Shown here in pieces: positions 15,703-24,622 of a stretch of 64,000 bases of DNA. The notes beneath the pieces were generated by a model. The model saw only the letters and a list, made by a program, of their open reading frames with translations. It searched no databases and was not told the DNA's origin. The DNA is taken from the NCBI GenBank assembly GCA_022763425.1, contig JALEGD010000001.1, forward strand, positions 508,572 through 572,571, written 5' to 3'. Each line of letters opens with the position of its first letter. Position 1 is the first letter of the stretch. This stretch comes from Pelagibacteraceae bacterium (GTDB lineage: Bacteria > Pseudomonadota > Alphaproteobacteria > Pelagibacterales > Pelagibacteraceae). The translations under genes were made by a program, and so were the position numbers.

Positions 15703-17091
15703 TTATTTTGGTCTTACCATCTTTTTGGGATCAACTATCTTATTATATTCTGCTTCTGTTACCAAACCAGTTTTTAATGTTTCTTCTTTAAGGGTTGTTC
15801 CATTTTTGTGTGCAGTTTTTGCAATCTTGCTTGCATTATCATATCCAATTTTTGGTGATAAAGCTGTTACAAGCATTAAAGAGTTATTTAAAAGTTCATT
15901 TATCTTTTTTTTATTTGGTTTTATTCCATTTACACAATAATCAACAAAACAATTTACAGAGTCTGCTATGAGATCAATCGATTGAATGATATTATGTGCA
16001 ATCATTGGTTTGAAAACATTAAGTTCAAAGTGTCCGTGAGTTCCAGCAATTGTTATTCCTGTGTGATTGCCTATTACTTTAGTACAAACCATTGTTATGG
16101 CTTCACATTGAGTTGGATTAACTTTTCCAGGCATAATAGATGAACCAGGTTCATTTTCAGGAAGTTCAAGTTCTGAATAACCAGCTCTTGGACCAGATCC
16201 TAAAAATCTAATATCATTAGCTACTTTTGTTAGTGCTACAGCCGTTGTGTTTAAACTTGCAGAAAAATTGACCACTGGATCATGACTTGCGAGTGCTTCA
16301 AATTTATTTTTGGCTGTTTTGAATGGAAGTTTAGTAATTTTTTTGACTTCATTAGCAATTTTTTTATCCCAACCTCTTCTTGAGTTTATTCCTGTACCTA
16401 CAGCTGTTCCTCCTTGAGCAAGATAATATATTTCTTTTAATGCTATACGTACTCTTTCTAAAGAGTTTTTAATCTGCATATGATAACCTGAAAATTCTTG
16501 ACCCAAGGTTAATGGAGTTGCATCCTGCAAATGAGTTCTTCCAATTTTCACAATATCTTTAAATTGCTTAGTTTTTTTTAAAAGAGCTTTCTCCAATTTT
16601 ATAAGGGAGGGTATTAATTTTTTATTTGTTTGTATTGCAATAGCTATATGCATTGCGGTTGGAAATGTATCATTAGTAGATTGAGCCATATTTACATGGT
16701 CATTTGGGTGAACTGGTTTTTTTGAACCTAATTTTCCACCAAGCATCTCGATTGCTCTATTTGCAATTACCTCATTAACATTCATATTTGTTTGTGTACC
16801 AGAACCTGTTTGCCAAACTTTTAAAGGAAAATGATCGTCAAGTTTTCCTGCTATAACTTCATCAGCAGCTTTTTGAATATATTTAGATAAATTATTATCT
16901 AAGTCTTTAAATTTAGCGTTAACTATTGCTGCAGATTTTTTAACTATTCCAATTGCATGAATTAGTTCAAGAGGTACGTTAACTTTGCCAATTTTAAAAT
17001 TTTTTATAGATCTTTGTGTTTGAGCCCCCCAGTATTTATCCGAAGGAACTTTTATTTTGCCAAAACTATCAAATTCAGTTCTTGAAGACAT
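15703..17091 (-). CDS. fumC: Class II fumarate hydratase
   Basis: Signature '[15 protein letters not shown]'; full-length aspartase/fumarase fold (462 aa). Confidence 0.96.
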   Translation of the reverse strand: MSSRTEFDSFGKIKVPSDKYWGAQTQRSIKNFKIGKVNVPLELIHAIGIVKKSAAIVNAKFKDLDNNLSKYIQKAADEVIAGKLDDHFPLKVWQTGSGTQTNMNVNEVIANRAIEMLGGKLGSKKPVHPNDHVNMAQSTNDTFPTAMHIAIAIQTNKKLIPSLIKLEKALLKKTKQFKDIVKIGRTHLQDATPLTLGQEFSGYHMQIKNSLERVRIALKEIYYLAQGGTAVGTGINSRRGWDKKIANEVKKITKLPFKTAKNKFEALASHDPVVNFSASLNTTAVALTKVANDIRFLGSGPRAGYSELELPENEPGSSIMPGKVNPTQCEAITMVCTKVIGNHTGITIAGTHGHFELNVFKPMIAHNIIQSIDLIADSVNCFVDYCVNGIKPNKKKINELLNNSLMLVTALSPKIGYDNASKIAKTAHKNGTTLKEETLKTGLVTEAEYNKIVDPKKMVRPK

Positions 17092-17134
17092 AATTGATTA
17101 TAATTTATATATATATATTAAATTAATAAAAACA

Positions 17135-17890
17135 ATGAACACATTAATAATAGGTGGAACTTTTGGTATAGGCTTTGAACTTGGAAAGATTTATTTAAAA
17201 AATTCTAAAAATTTGATCATTTTTGGAAGAAATGAAGATAAATTAGAACAAATATCTAAAGATTTTTTAAATGAAAATTGCAAAGTAATTACAAAAAAAC
17301 TTGATGCAACTTCAGCAAGTGAATGTAGAGAAGTTTTAACTTCAGTCATAGACGAAGTAAAAAATATTGATTTAGTAATTTATTCTAGTGGTTTTTATAA
17401 ACCCAATAACACTTTTGATGTAGATTTAGATCTTTATAGAAAAACTATAGAGGTAAATTTTATGGGTTTAATTAATGTGATGTCCGTGATTTTGCCTGTT
17501 ATGAAAAATCAACAAAAAGGTCATATTGCTATGATTAGTTCTTTAGCAGGATTTTTTGGTTTACCAAATTCATCCGGTTATGGACCAAGTAAAGCTGCTA
17601 TGATGAACTATTCAGAATCTATTTATAATGACTGTAAAAAAAACAATATATATGTGAGCTTAATAAATCCTGGCTTTGTTAAAACAAGACTTACTGATCA
17701 GAATAAATTTGAAATGCCCTTTTTAATGTCTGCTGAAAAGGCTGCACAAATTATTCATAAAGGACTAGAGAAAAAGAAATATGATATTACATTTCCTTTT
17801 ATGATGAGTTTAATATTTAAAACTCTTAAAATTTTACCAAAACCAATTTTTTTATTTCTAATAAAATTTATGGTAAAAACTGATAATTAG
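17135..17890 (+). CDS. Short-chain dehydrogenase/reductase (SDR) family oxidoreductase
   Basis: Motifs 'IIGGTFGIGFELG' (TGxxxGxG-type), 'YGPSKAA' (YxxxK) and 'NPGFV'. The track start at 17057 overlaps fumC, so the ATG at 17135 is preferred. Confidence 0.85.
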   Translation: MNTLIIGGTFGIGFELGKIYLKNSKNLIIFGRNEDKLEQISKDFLNENCKVITKKLDATSASECREVLTSVIDEVKNIDLVIYSSGFYKPNNTFDVDLDLYRKTIEVNFMGLINVMSVILPVMKNQQKGHIAMISSLAGFFGLPNSSGYGPSKAAMMNYSESIYNDCKKNNIYVSLINPGFVKTRLTDQNKFEMPFLMSAEKAAQIIHKGLEKKKYDITFPFMMSLIFKTLKILPKPIFLFLIKFMVKTDN

Positions 17891-18033
17891 TAAATAACTA
17901 AATAAATCATTACCATAACAACTAAATTTGCCCCTAATAGTAGTTGTGTTCCTTTATTAAAAAAAGAATTGGTTTTTTGATTAATCTCAATTGGATCAAC
18001 TTGCGCTAGTTTTATTAAATTATTTTTTTTCAT
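17887..18033 (-). CDS. Possible 48-aa tail-anchored small membrane protein (not in ORF track)
   Basis: Hand translation gives MKKNNLIKLAQVDPIEINQKTNSFFNKGTQLLLGANLVVMVMIYLVIY*, with a hydrophobic C-terminal helix. It is co-directional and downstream of the met operon and the 80-aa ORF. Its stop overlaps the SDR stop. Confidence 0.2.
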   Translation of the reverse strand: MKKNNLIKLAQVDPIEINQKTNSFFNKGTQLLLGANLVVMVMIYLVIY

Positions 18034-18096
18034 ACATCGATATATAAATTTTAAATGTGACTGAGTTTTTGGGTAAATTAGACTTTTTTTTGACCA

Positions 18097-18339
18097 CTAA
18101 CCGTCAAGTAAATCTAAGGCTTGTTTTAGCATTTCTTCAGATTCTTTATGATCACCAGACTTGTGGGCCTGTTCACCTTGAGCTCTTAATTGTTTAATCT
18201 CTGATAGTTGATCTTTTGATAATTGTTTAGTCTCTAATAATAAATTATCAATTTCTTTCATTAAGTTCAAACAGTTACCCGCGTAAGTATTAAAAGGGAA
18301 AAGCAATAAGCAAATAAAAATTACAGATTTCTTAAACAT
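18097..18339 (-). CDS. Small secreted/periplasmic helical protein of unknown function
   Basis: Clear signal peptide 'MFKKSVIFICLLLFPFNTYAG', then a charged helical region (80 aa). No family recognised. Confidence 0.55.
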   Translation of the reverse strand: MFKKSVIFICLLLFPFNTYAGNCLNLMKEIDNLLLETKQLSKDQLSEIKQLRAQGEQAHKSGDHKESEEMLKQALDLLDG

Positions 18340-18381
18340 GTAATTACAAATAATAATTGAATTTGTCTAAATTAAGATTTT

Positions 18382-19551
18382 TTATGATTTTGATAGCGAC
18401 TGATCTAAATCTTGTTTTAAATCCTCAATATTTTCAAGTCCAATTGATATTCTGACTAAGTTATCAGTAATATCTAAATTGGCCCTTTCTTCTTCGCTCA
18501 AAACTCTATGAGTAGTTGTTGCAGGGTGAGTAACAAGTGATTTGGTATCTCCAATATTGTTTGTAATATCAAAGATCTTGAGATTATTTATAAACTTATA
18601 TGTTTTTTCTTTATCACCTTTGATCTTAAAGCTCATTATTGTTCCACCTTTAGTCATAAATTTTTTCGCTAAATCATTTTGTTTGAAGCTTTCTAAAAAC
18701 GGATAATTAACTTTGTCGATATTCGAATTACTCTCTAAAAATTTTGCAATTTCAAAAGCATTGTCTGATTGAGAATTTACTCTAAGCTGAATTGTTTCCA
18801 AACTTTTTAATAAAATCCATGCATTGAAAGGACTTATGCATGGACCTGTATGTCTAAGAAAAGGTTTTAAAGTTTCTTCTTTGAATTGTTTTGATGTAAG
18901 TATTGCACCTCCTAAAACTCTTCCTTGACCATCAATATGCTTTGTTCCAGAATACACCACAATATCTGCGCCATATTTAATTGGACTTTGTAATACTGGA
19001 GTAGCAAAAATATTATCGACAATAGTTAAGATATTATTTTCTTTTGCAATGTTGCAAACACTCTTTAAATCTATGATTTCACAACATGGGTTGGATGGAG
19101 TTTCTAAGAAAAATATTTTTGTATTTTTTTTAATTTTATTTTTCCATTGTTCAAGATCTCTGCCATCAATAAAGTCTACCTCAATTCCAAACTTAGGAAG
19201 TATCTCCTTCAATATATATCTACAAGAACCAAAGAGTGCAGATGCTGATATAACATGATCTCCTGTTCTAAGTTGGCACATCATGGAACCAAAAACAGCA
19301 GACATGCCGCTAGCAGTTGCAAAACAATCTTCATATCCATCTAGGAGTGCTAATCTTTTTTCAAAAGTATCAATTGTGGGATTAGCATATCTTGAATATT
19401 GATAGCCAGTTTCTTCTCCTTTAAAAATAGCTTCAGCTTGCTCAGCACTATCATAAACAAATCCTGAATTTAAAAATAATGCTTCAGAAGTTTCTTTAAA
19501 TTGAGATCTTTGCAAACCTCCTCTTACGAGATTTGTTTCCTTATTTTTCAA
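18382..19551 (-). CDS. metZ: O-succinylhomoserine sulfhydrylase (Cys/Met-metabolism PLP enzyme)
   Basis: PLP-lysine block 'SGTKHIDGQGR' and 'RISIGLE', typical of the MetZ/MetB family; lies 1 nt downstream of metE. Confidence 0.8.
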   Translation of the reverse strand: MKNKETNLVRGGLQRSQFKETSEALFLNSGFVYDSAEQAEAIFKGEETGYQYSRYANPTIDTFEKRLALLDGYEDCFATASGMSAVFGSMMCQLRTGDHVISASALFGSCRYILKEILPKFGIEVDFIDGRDLEQWKNKIKKNTKIFFLETPSNPCCEIIDLKSVCNIAKENNILTIVDNIFATPVLQSPIKYGADIVVYSGTKHIDGQGRVLGGAILTSKQFKEETLKPFLRHTGPCISPFNAWILLKSLETIQLRVNSQSDNAFEIAKFLESNSNIDKVNYPFLESFKQNDLAKKFMTKGGTIMSFKIKGDKEKTYKFINNLKIFDITNNIGDTKSLVTHPATTTHRVLSEEERANLDITDNLVRISIGLENIEDLKQDLDQSLSKS

Positions 19552-19552
19552 T

Positions 19553-21805
19553 TTATCCCCTTAGTTCTTTTGCAGCAGCAACCATTTCTTTCAGAGCATC
19601 TATAGTTTCTGGCCAGCCTCTTGTCTTTAGACCACAATCAGGATTAACCCATAATCTTTTAGGATCAATTTGCTTAGAAGCTTTTTTGATAAGCTCAACC
19701 ATCTCTGATTTATTTGGAACTCTTGGAGAATGAATATCGTAAACTCCTGGTCCAATTTCATTTGGATATTTGAACTGTTCAAAAGTTTTTAATAATTCCA
19801 TTCTTGATCTTGATGTTTCGATCGAAATGACGTCAGCATCAAGTGCTGCAATGGACTCGATAATATCTTCAAACTCAGCATAACACATATGAGTATGAAT
19901 TTGAGTTTCATCCTTAACTACAGCGGCAGAAATTCTAAATGCATTTACAGACCATTTTAGATATTGGTTCCAATCATCTCGCTTTAATGGAAGACCTTCT
20001 CTTAAAGCAGGTTCATCAATTTGTATCATTCTAATTCCATTTTTTTCAAGATCTTCAACCTCATCTCTAATCGCAAACGCAATTTGTTCAGCAGTTGTTT
20101 GTCTTGGTTGATCATCTCTTACAAATGACCATTGTAGAATTGTAATTGGGCCTGTTAACATTCCTTTTACAATTGATGAAGTTTGTTCCTGAGCAAATTT
20201 TGACCATCGTACAGTCATTGGATTTGGCCTTGATACATCTCCAAAAATAATTGGTGGCTTAACACATCTTGATCCATAACTTTGGACAAATCCACTTGAT
20301 GTAAAAGTAAACCCTTTTAAGTTTTCACCAAAGTATTCAACCATATCATTTCGTTCAAATTCACCATGAACGATAACATCAATACCCAACTCTTCTTGTT
20401 GTCTTATTGTTTCAATAGTTTTTTCTTCTAAAAACTTTTCATATTCTTCATTAGAAAGTTCACCTCTTCTGTTTTTAGCTCTAGCTTGCCTTACATCTTT
20501 TGTTTGAGGGAAAGATCCAATGGTAGTTGTTGGGTATAAAGGAAGATTAAAAATTTCTCTTTGAATATTTGCTCTTTCTTCATACTTTGAAACTCGGTTT
20601 AAAACACTATCATTAATTGTTTTAACTCTTGTTTTAACAGTTTCATCATGAATAAGTTTAGATTTTTTTCTATCTTCAATATCAGCTTTATTTTCTGAGA
20701 GCTGATCTTTCGCTTTACCGTCATTTATGTTTTCTTTTAAAATATTTAATTCTTGTAATTTTTGTTTTGCAAAAGCTAACCATTTTTTTATCTCTCCTGG
20801 AACTTTTGTTTCTAAATCTAGGTCATAAGGTGTATGGAGTAATGGACATGAGCTCGAGATGATAAAATCATCACCTACCTCTTTAAGTTCATCAATAATT
20901 TTTGATAAATCAGATTTCCATATATTTCTTCCATTTACCACTCCAAGGGATAATGTTTTGTTAGAGTTTTTTATGTAATCTTTATTTTTTTCTCCTCTAA
21001 CCAAATCAAGGTGAACAGCATCAACATTTGATGCAAAAACTTCATCTTTTACTTTTTTATCAATACTTTCAAAATAAGTAGTTAAAAGAATTTTCGATTC
21101 ACCTGCTGATGATTTTATTTCATTTAATGTATTTTTAATTTTTGAAACAACACCATCATTTAAATCTTTTACAAAAATTGGTTCATCAATTTGAATCCAT
21201 TTTGCGCCAAGTTCATTTAGTTTTTTTACAATCTCTTTGTAAACTGGAAGAATTTTATCCAACAGACCAATCGTATTAGACCCATCAATGGATTTAGCTA
21301 GAAGCAAGAATGTAATTGGACCTAGTATTACAGGCTTAGTTTCAAAACCAGCATTTTTAGCCTCTTTAAATTCATCGAAAGGTTTTTGGGAACTAATTTT
21401 GAAATTTTGATCTTTTTTAAGTTCAGGTACTAAATAGTGGTAGTTTGTATCAAACCATTTGGTCATCTCTAATGCACCAACATCAAGATCTTTTGTTTGA
21501 GATCCTCTAGCCATTGCAAAATAAGTATTTAAATTTACATCATCTCCATTCCATTTGTATCTCTCCGGAACAGCGCCTAATAAGCATATCATGTCTAATA
21601 CTTGATCATAAAATGAAAAATCATTAGACGTAATCAAATCAATTCCATTATCTTTTTGAACTTGCCAAACATTTTTTCTTAATTCTGCAGCAGTTTTCTG
21701 TAGCTCGGCTTCTGAAACATCTCCCTTCCAAAAACTTTCTAATGCTTTTTTAAGCTCTCTTTTTGGTCCAATTCTTGGGTAGCCAATAGTTGCAGTTGTA
21801 ATCAT
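19553..21805 (-). CDS. metE: Cobalamin-independent methionine synthase
   Basis: Two-domain 750-aa protein starting 'TTATIGYPRIG', with Zn-site blocks 'HMCYAEF' and 'NPDCGLKTR'. Confidence 0.96.
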   Translation of the reverse strand: MITTATIGYPRIGPKRELKKALESFWKGDVSEAELQKTAAELRKNVWQVQKDNGIDLITSNDFSFYDQVLDMICLLGAVPERYKWNGDDVNLNTYFAMARGSQTKDLDVGALEMTKWFDTNYHYLVPELKKDQNFKISSQKPFDEFKEAKNAGFETKPVILGPITFLLLAKSIDGSNTIGLLDKILPVYKEIVKKLNELGAKWIQIDEPIFVKDLNDGVVSKIKNTLNEIKSSAGESKILLTTYFESIDKKVKDEVFASNVDAVHLDLVRGEKNKDYIKNSNKTLSLGVVNGRNIWKSDLSKIIDELKEVGDDFIISSSCPLLHTPYDLDLETKVPGEIKKWLAFAKQKLQELNILKENINDGKAKDQLSENKADIEDRKKSKLIHDETVKTRVKTINDSVLNRVSKYEERANIQREIFNLPLYPTTTIGSFPQTKDVRQARAKNRRGELSNEEYEKFLEEKTIETIRQQEELGIDVIVHGEFERNDMVEYFGENLKGFTFTSSGFVQSYGSRCVKPPIIFGDVSRPNPMTVRWSKFAQEQTSSIVKGMLTGPITILQWSFVRDDQPRQTTAEQIAFAIRDEVEDLEKNGIRMIQIDEPALREGLPLKRDDWNQYLKWSVNAFRISAAVVKDETQIHTHMCYAEFEDIIESIAALDADVISIETSRSRMELLKTFEQFKYPNEIGPGVYDIHSPRVPNKSEMVELIKKASKQIDPKRLWVNPDCGLKTRGWPETIDALKEMVAAAKELRG

Positions 21806-22698
21806 ATTCTTATTTCTCCTTTTTCTTTTTCTTTCTTTGTTTTTAAAAAATTTTTGTAAGATTTTAGTCTCGAGCAGACCGCGTAACTTAATTCATATTT
21901 ATTTAAAGTATAAAAATGAAATTCATTAACACCTTCTTTTTGAAGTTTCTTTACCAAGTCGGTTGCAATGCTAGAACCTATCATTTTTTGAACATCTGGA
22001 TTGTCTTCAGATCCTTCAAATTCTTTTTCTATCCAGGCAGGTACAGAAGTTCCGCATTTATTACTGAAATTTTTAACCCTCTTATAATTTTGAATAGGCA
22101 TGATACCTGGTAATAATTGAATTTTAATTCCTTGTTTTACAATATCATCTCTAAATTTTAAAAATATATTTTCATCAAAGAAAAATTGAGTAATGATTCT
22201 ATCAGCACCTGCATCTACTTTTCTTTTTAGGTTATCTAAATCTAGTTCTTTATTTTTTGAGTCTGGATGTATCTCTGGATATCCTGCAACCGAAATATCA
22301 AAATTTGCTAACTTTTTTAAACCTGCAGTCATATCCGCTGCATTTTTATATCCATCAGGATGAGGTTTGTACTGTTCTCCTGGATTTCGAACATCTCCTC
22401 TTAAGGCGACAATTCTTTTTATTCCTTTTTCAAACCAGTTAAGAGCGATATCATTGATTTCATCTTTCGACATATCAACACATGTTAAATGACCCGCCAC
22501 TGGAACATTACTTTCTTTTCTAATTTTTTTTACAAAACTGTCAGTTTTTATTCTTTCGCCACCACCAGCACCAAAAGTAACCGAGTAAAATTGCGGATCA
22601 AAGCTTTCAAGTTTTTTTAAACTTTTCCACGCAGCGACTTCATCCTCTGCGTTTTTGGATGGAAAAAATTCAAAACTAAATTTTAATTGTTCTTTCAT
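21802..22698 (-). CDS. metF: 5,10-methylenetetrahydrofolate reductase
   Basis: Motifs 'FSFEFFP', 'SVTFGAGG' and 'ITQFFFD'. The track start at 22758 would read through the leader hairpin and U-tract, so the ATG at 22698 (MKEQLKF...) is preferred. ATGA overlap with metE. Confidence 0.9.
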   Translation of the reverse strand: MKEQLKFSFEFFPSKNAEDEVAAWKSLKKLESFDPQFYSVTFGAGGGERIKTDSFVKKIRKESNVPVAGHLTCVDMSKDEINDIALNWFEKGIKRIVALRGDVRNPGEQYKPHPDGYKNAADMTAGLKKLANFDISVAGYPEIHPDSKNKELDLDNLKRKVDAGADRIITQFFFDENIFLKFRDDIVKQGIKIQLLPGIMPIQNYKRVKNFSNKCGTSVPAWIEKEFEGSEDNPDVQKMIGSSIATDLVKKLQKEGVNEFHFYTLNKYELSYAVCSRLKSYKNFLKTKKEKEKGEIRI

Positions 22699-22849
22699 AA
22701 TTTTAGTTTCAAATTTGCCGGGAGGTAAAAAAAAACCACCGGCTAAAGCGGTGGTCAAAATCGCTTTAGCAGTTTTTATATAGCGCCCGCAATTTGATAT
22801 AAATCAGCGCTTATAAGTTCTTATAGTTAAATTATATCTTATGTAAATA
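22699..22849 (-). promoter_or_regulatory. Structured 5' leader of metF-metE-metZ; candidate SAM-responsive riboswitch/attenuator
   Basis: Minus-strand RNA: ...AAGCGCUGAUUUAUAUCAAAUUGCGGGCGCUAUAUAAAAACUGCUAAAGCGAUUUUGACCACCGCUUUAGCCGGUGGUUUUUUUUUACCUCCCGG...AUG. A 9-bp hairpin (22762-22770 with 22742-22750) competes or pseudoknots with a terminator stem. A possible sigma70 promoter, TTTACA-N16-TATAAG, lies at 22847-22820. Confidence 0.55.
22727..22755 (-). terminator. Intrinsic-terminator-like hairpin plus U9 inside the metF leader
   Basis: ACCACCG-CUUUAGC-CGGUGGU stem-loop (22735-22741 pairs with 22749-22755) running into nine U (22727-22735). It sits only about 28 nt upstream of the metF ATG. 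Confidence 0.6.
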
Positions 22850-23017
22850 TTAATTATCTTTAAATTCAGGTTTTTTTTTAGGTAAATCTCTTAAAGTTGC
22901 TGTAGCAACAAACCAGTAGAGCCTTAGTTTATTAAAAAAACCTTTTCTTGCTTTTAGCAAGTAATATTCAGATAACCCACACTCTGTTTTGATGTAATTA
23001 GTAATATCTTTACTCAT
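22850..23017 (-). CDS. 55-aa ORF translationally coupled to the TVP38/DedA gene (not in ORF track)
   Basis: Hand translation gives MSKDITNYIKTECGLSEYYLLKARKGFFNKLRLYWFVATATLRDLPKKKPEFKDN*. Its ATG (23017-23015) overlaps the upstream TGA (23016-23014) as ATGA. No family recognised. Confidence 0.3.
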   Translation of the reverse strand: MSKDITNYIKTECGLSEYYLLKARKGFFNKLRLYWFVATATLRDLPKKKPEFKDN

Positions 23018-23691
23018 TTTTTTAATTTTTCGATTAATTTCTTTATAATTAACGGAACTAAACCTATCAATACAAATGAAATAATTATCTCAATACTTAG
23101 TATATCCTCAATTTTATTAATTTTTGATAATTGAACACCCGCATTTACAAAAATGATAGTTCCAAGAAACATGCCGATTTGAGACACCAAATAGAAAGTC
23201 AGTGCTTTCATCTTAGTCAGACCAAATACCAAGTTTACAATAAAGAATGGAAATATCGGACTTAATCTTAAGAAAAATAAATAATAAATTCCATCTTTTT
23301 TAATTCCTTCATTTATTTTTTCTAAATATTTGGAATACTTTTTTTCTACATAATCTCTTAAAACAAACCTGGACATTAATAAGCATAAAGTTGAACCAAT
23401 TGAGCTTGCAAATGACGTTAGTATCACACCTGGAACTAAGCCGAAAAGAGCTCCAGCCAAGATTGTTTTCAATGCCCCAAAAGGCAATGCAAATGCTGTC
23501 ACTATTACGTAAATAATAAAGAATACCACTATAGATAAAGAATAATTTAATTTGATAAATTCATTAAATTTATCATGTTGGCTTTTAATCGTTTCAAAAG
23601 AAAAGTATTGGCTATAATCAAAAAGCAGCCCAAACGAAATGGTTCCTACAAAGATTAAAATAATAAAGATTTTAAATATTTTATTAGTCAT
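23014..23691 (-). CDS. TVP38/TMEM64 (DedA/SNARE-associated) family membrane protein
   Basis: Polytopic protein with the family-typical block 'LPFGALKTILAGALFGLVPGVILTSFASSIGSTLCLLMSRFVLRDYVEKK'. Its start codon overlaps the stop codon of the radical SAM gene by 1 nt (TAATG). Confidence 0.8.
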   Translation of the reverse strand: MTNKIFKIFIILIFVGTISFGLLFDYSQYFSFETIKSQHDKFNEFIKLNYSLSIVVFFIIYVIVTAFALPFGALKTILAGALFGLVPGVILTSFASSIGSTLCLLMSRFVLRDYVEKKYSKYLEKINEGIKKDGIYYLFFLRLSPIFPFFIVNLVFGLTKMKALTFYLVSQIGMFLGTIIFVNAGVQLSKINKIEDILSIEIIISFVLIGLVPLIIKKLIEKLKK

Positions 23692-24599
23692 TAACTACAA
23701 CTAGAACCACCTAAAACGCAAAATTTAGAACAGTGCGGATGATTAAGGTAGATTTTTTTCATCGATTCTTTAAGACTGTCGCCTAAGTCAAACTCTTGTT
23801 TATAAGGAAGTAAAGTACATGCAATTACACTTGGGTTTTCATTTCCTTTTTTCTTAACAATCATTCGAGAAGTTGAACACATTACAGTATCTGGATTTTT
23901 ATTTAAAATTCCCCAACATTCAGTTGTTATCTCTGGAGTATCTTGTTTTTCATCCATTTCTGCAAAAGTCACCAGCTGGTTTTTATTCTCCACATCCAAA
24001 GCAAGTTGATATTGATTAATAAATTTTTTAAAATTTCTTCTTGTTGTTTCTTCGTCCTCATTCCACATCAAACGAGTTGCCAAACAATAATTAAATTTAT
24101 TTTCAGACAACCATTTTAATCCTTCAATCATTGGATCCCAGCTATTTGGACCTCTGATTTGTTCATGCTTATCTTTATTATAATGATCAATTGAAACTCT
24201 AATTGTTAGGTTTAAATGATTTAATTTATTCAAATCATTCTTATTATTCATCATTGGTTTCATTGCATTAGTAAGCACTAAAGTTTTAAACCCGTTATCA
24301 AGAGAATATTTAATCATCTTAAAAATATCTTTGTTCATAAATGGCTCACCACCAGTAAATCCAATTTCTTCAGTTCCCATTTCATTTTGAATACTTTCAT
24401 TTACAAACATCTTAAATTCATCAAAAGAAAGATAAGATAAGCGATCATTTTTAGGACTTGATTCAATGTAACAATTTTTACAAGTTAGATTACAAAGCGT
24501 TCCTGTATTGAACCATAAAGTTTTTAATTTTTTAGACTCTATAAAAGCTCTAGCTTTGTTATCAGCAGTAAAAGTTTTATTTTCAAATTTTTGGTACAT
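23691..24599 (-). CDS. Radical SAM protein with Cys-rich C-terminal domain (ArsS/TIGR04167-like)
   Basis: CX3CX2C 'CNLTCKNCY' preceded by 'TLWFNTGTL', 'GFTGGEPF', and the C-terminal motif 'CSKFCVLGGSSCS', which resembles the C-x-x-G-x-S-S-C motif of the ArsS/DUF3641 group. The subfamily call is from memory. Confidence 0.7.
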   Translation of the reverse strand: MYQKFENKTFTADNKARAFIESKKLKTLWFNTGTLCNLTCKNCYIESSPKNDRLSYLSFDEFKMFVNESIQNEMGTEEIGFTGGEPFMNKDIFKMIKYSLDNGFKTLVLTNAMKPMMNNKNDLNKLNHLNLTIRVSIDHYNKDKHEQIRGPNSWDPMIEGLKWLSENKFNYCLATRLMWNEDEETTRRNFKKFINQYQLALDVENKNQLVTFAEMDEKQDTPEITTECWGILNKNPDTVMCSTSRMIVKKKGNENPSVIACTLLPYKQEFDLGDSLKESMKKIYLNHPHCSKFCVLGGSSCS

Positions 24600-24622
24600 T
24601 TCTTATTATTTTAACTTAAATT

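Noticed and set aside
17100-17120. A short (TA)n run, 'tttatatatatatatta', between fumC and the SDR gene, considered as a possible phase-variable microsatellite.
   Set aside because: It is only about 7 repeat units in a 43-nt AT-rich divergent promoter region. It is most simply overlapping -10-like sequence, and nothing suggests slippage.
22699-22758. N-terminal extensions offered by the ORF track: metF from 22758, ftsW from 451, SDR from 17057, prpF from 39746, DUF1244 from 52120, and the 2OG-oxygenase-like gene from 59631.
   Set aside because: The extensions overlap neighbouring genes or, for metF, translate the hairpin and U-tract. They add non-homologous residues ahead of a conserved N-terminus that begins at an internal ATG.
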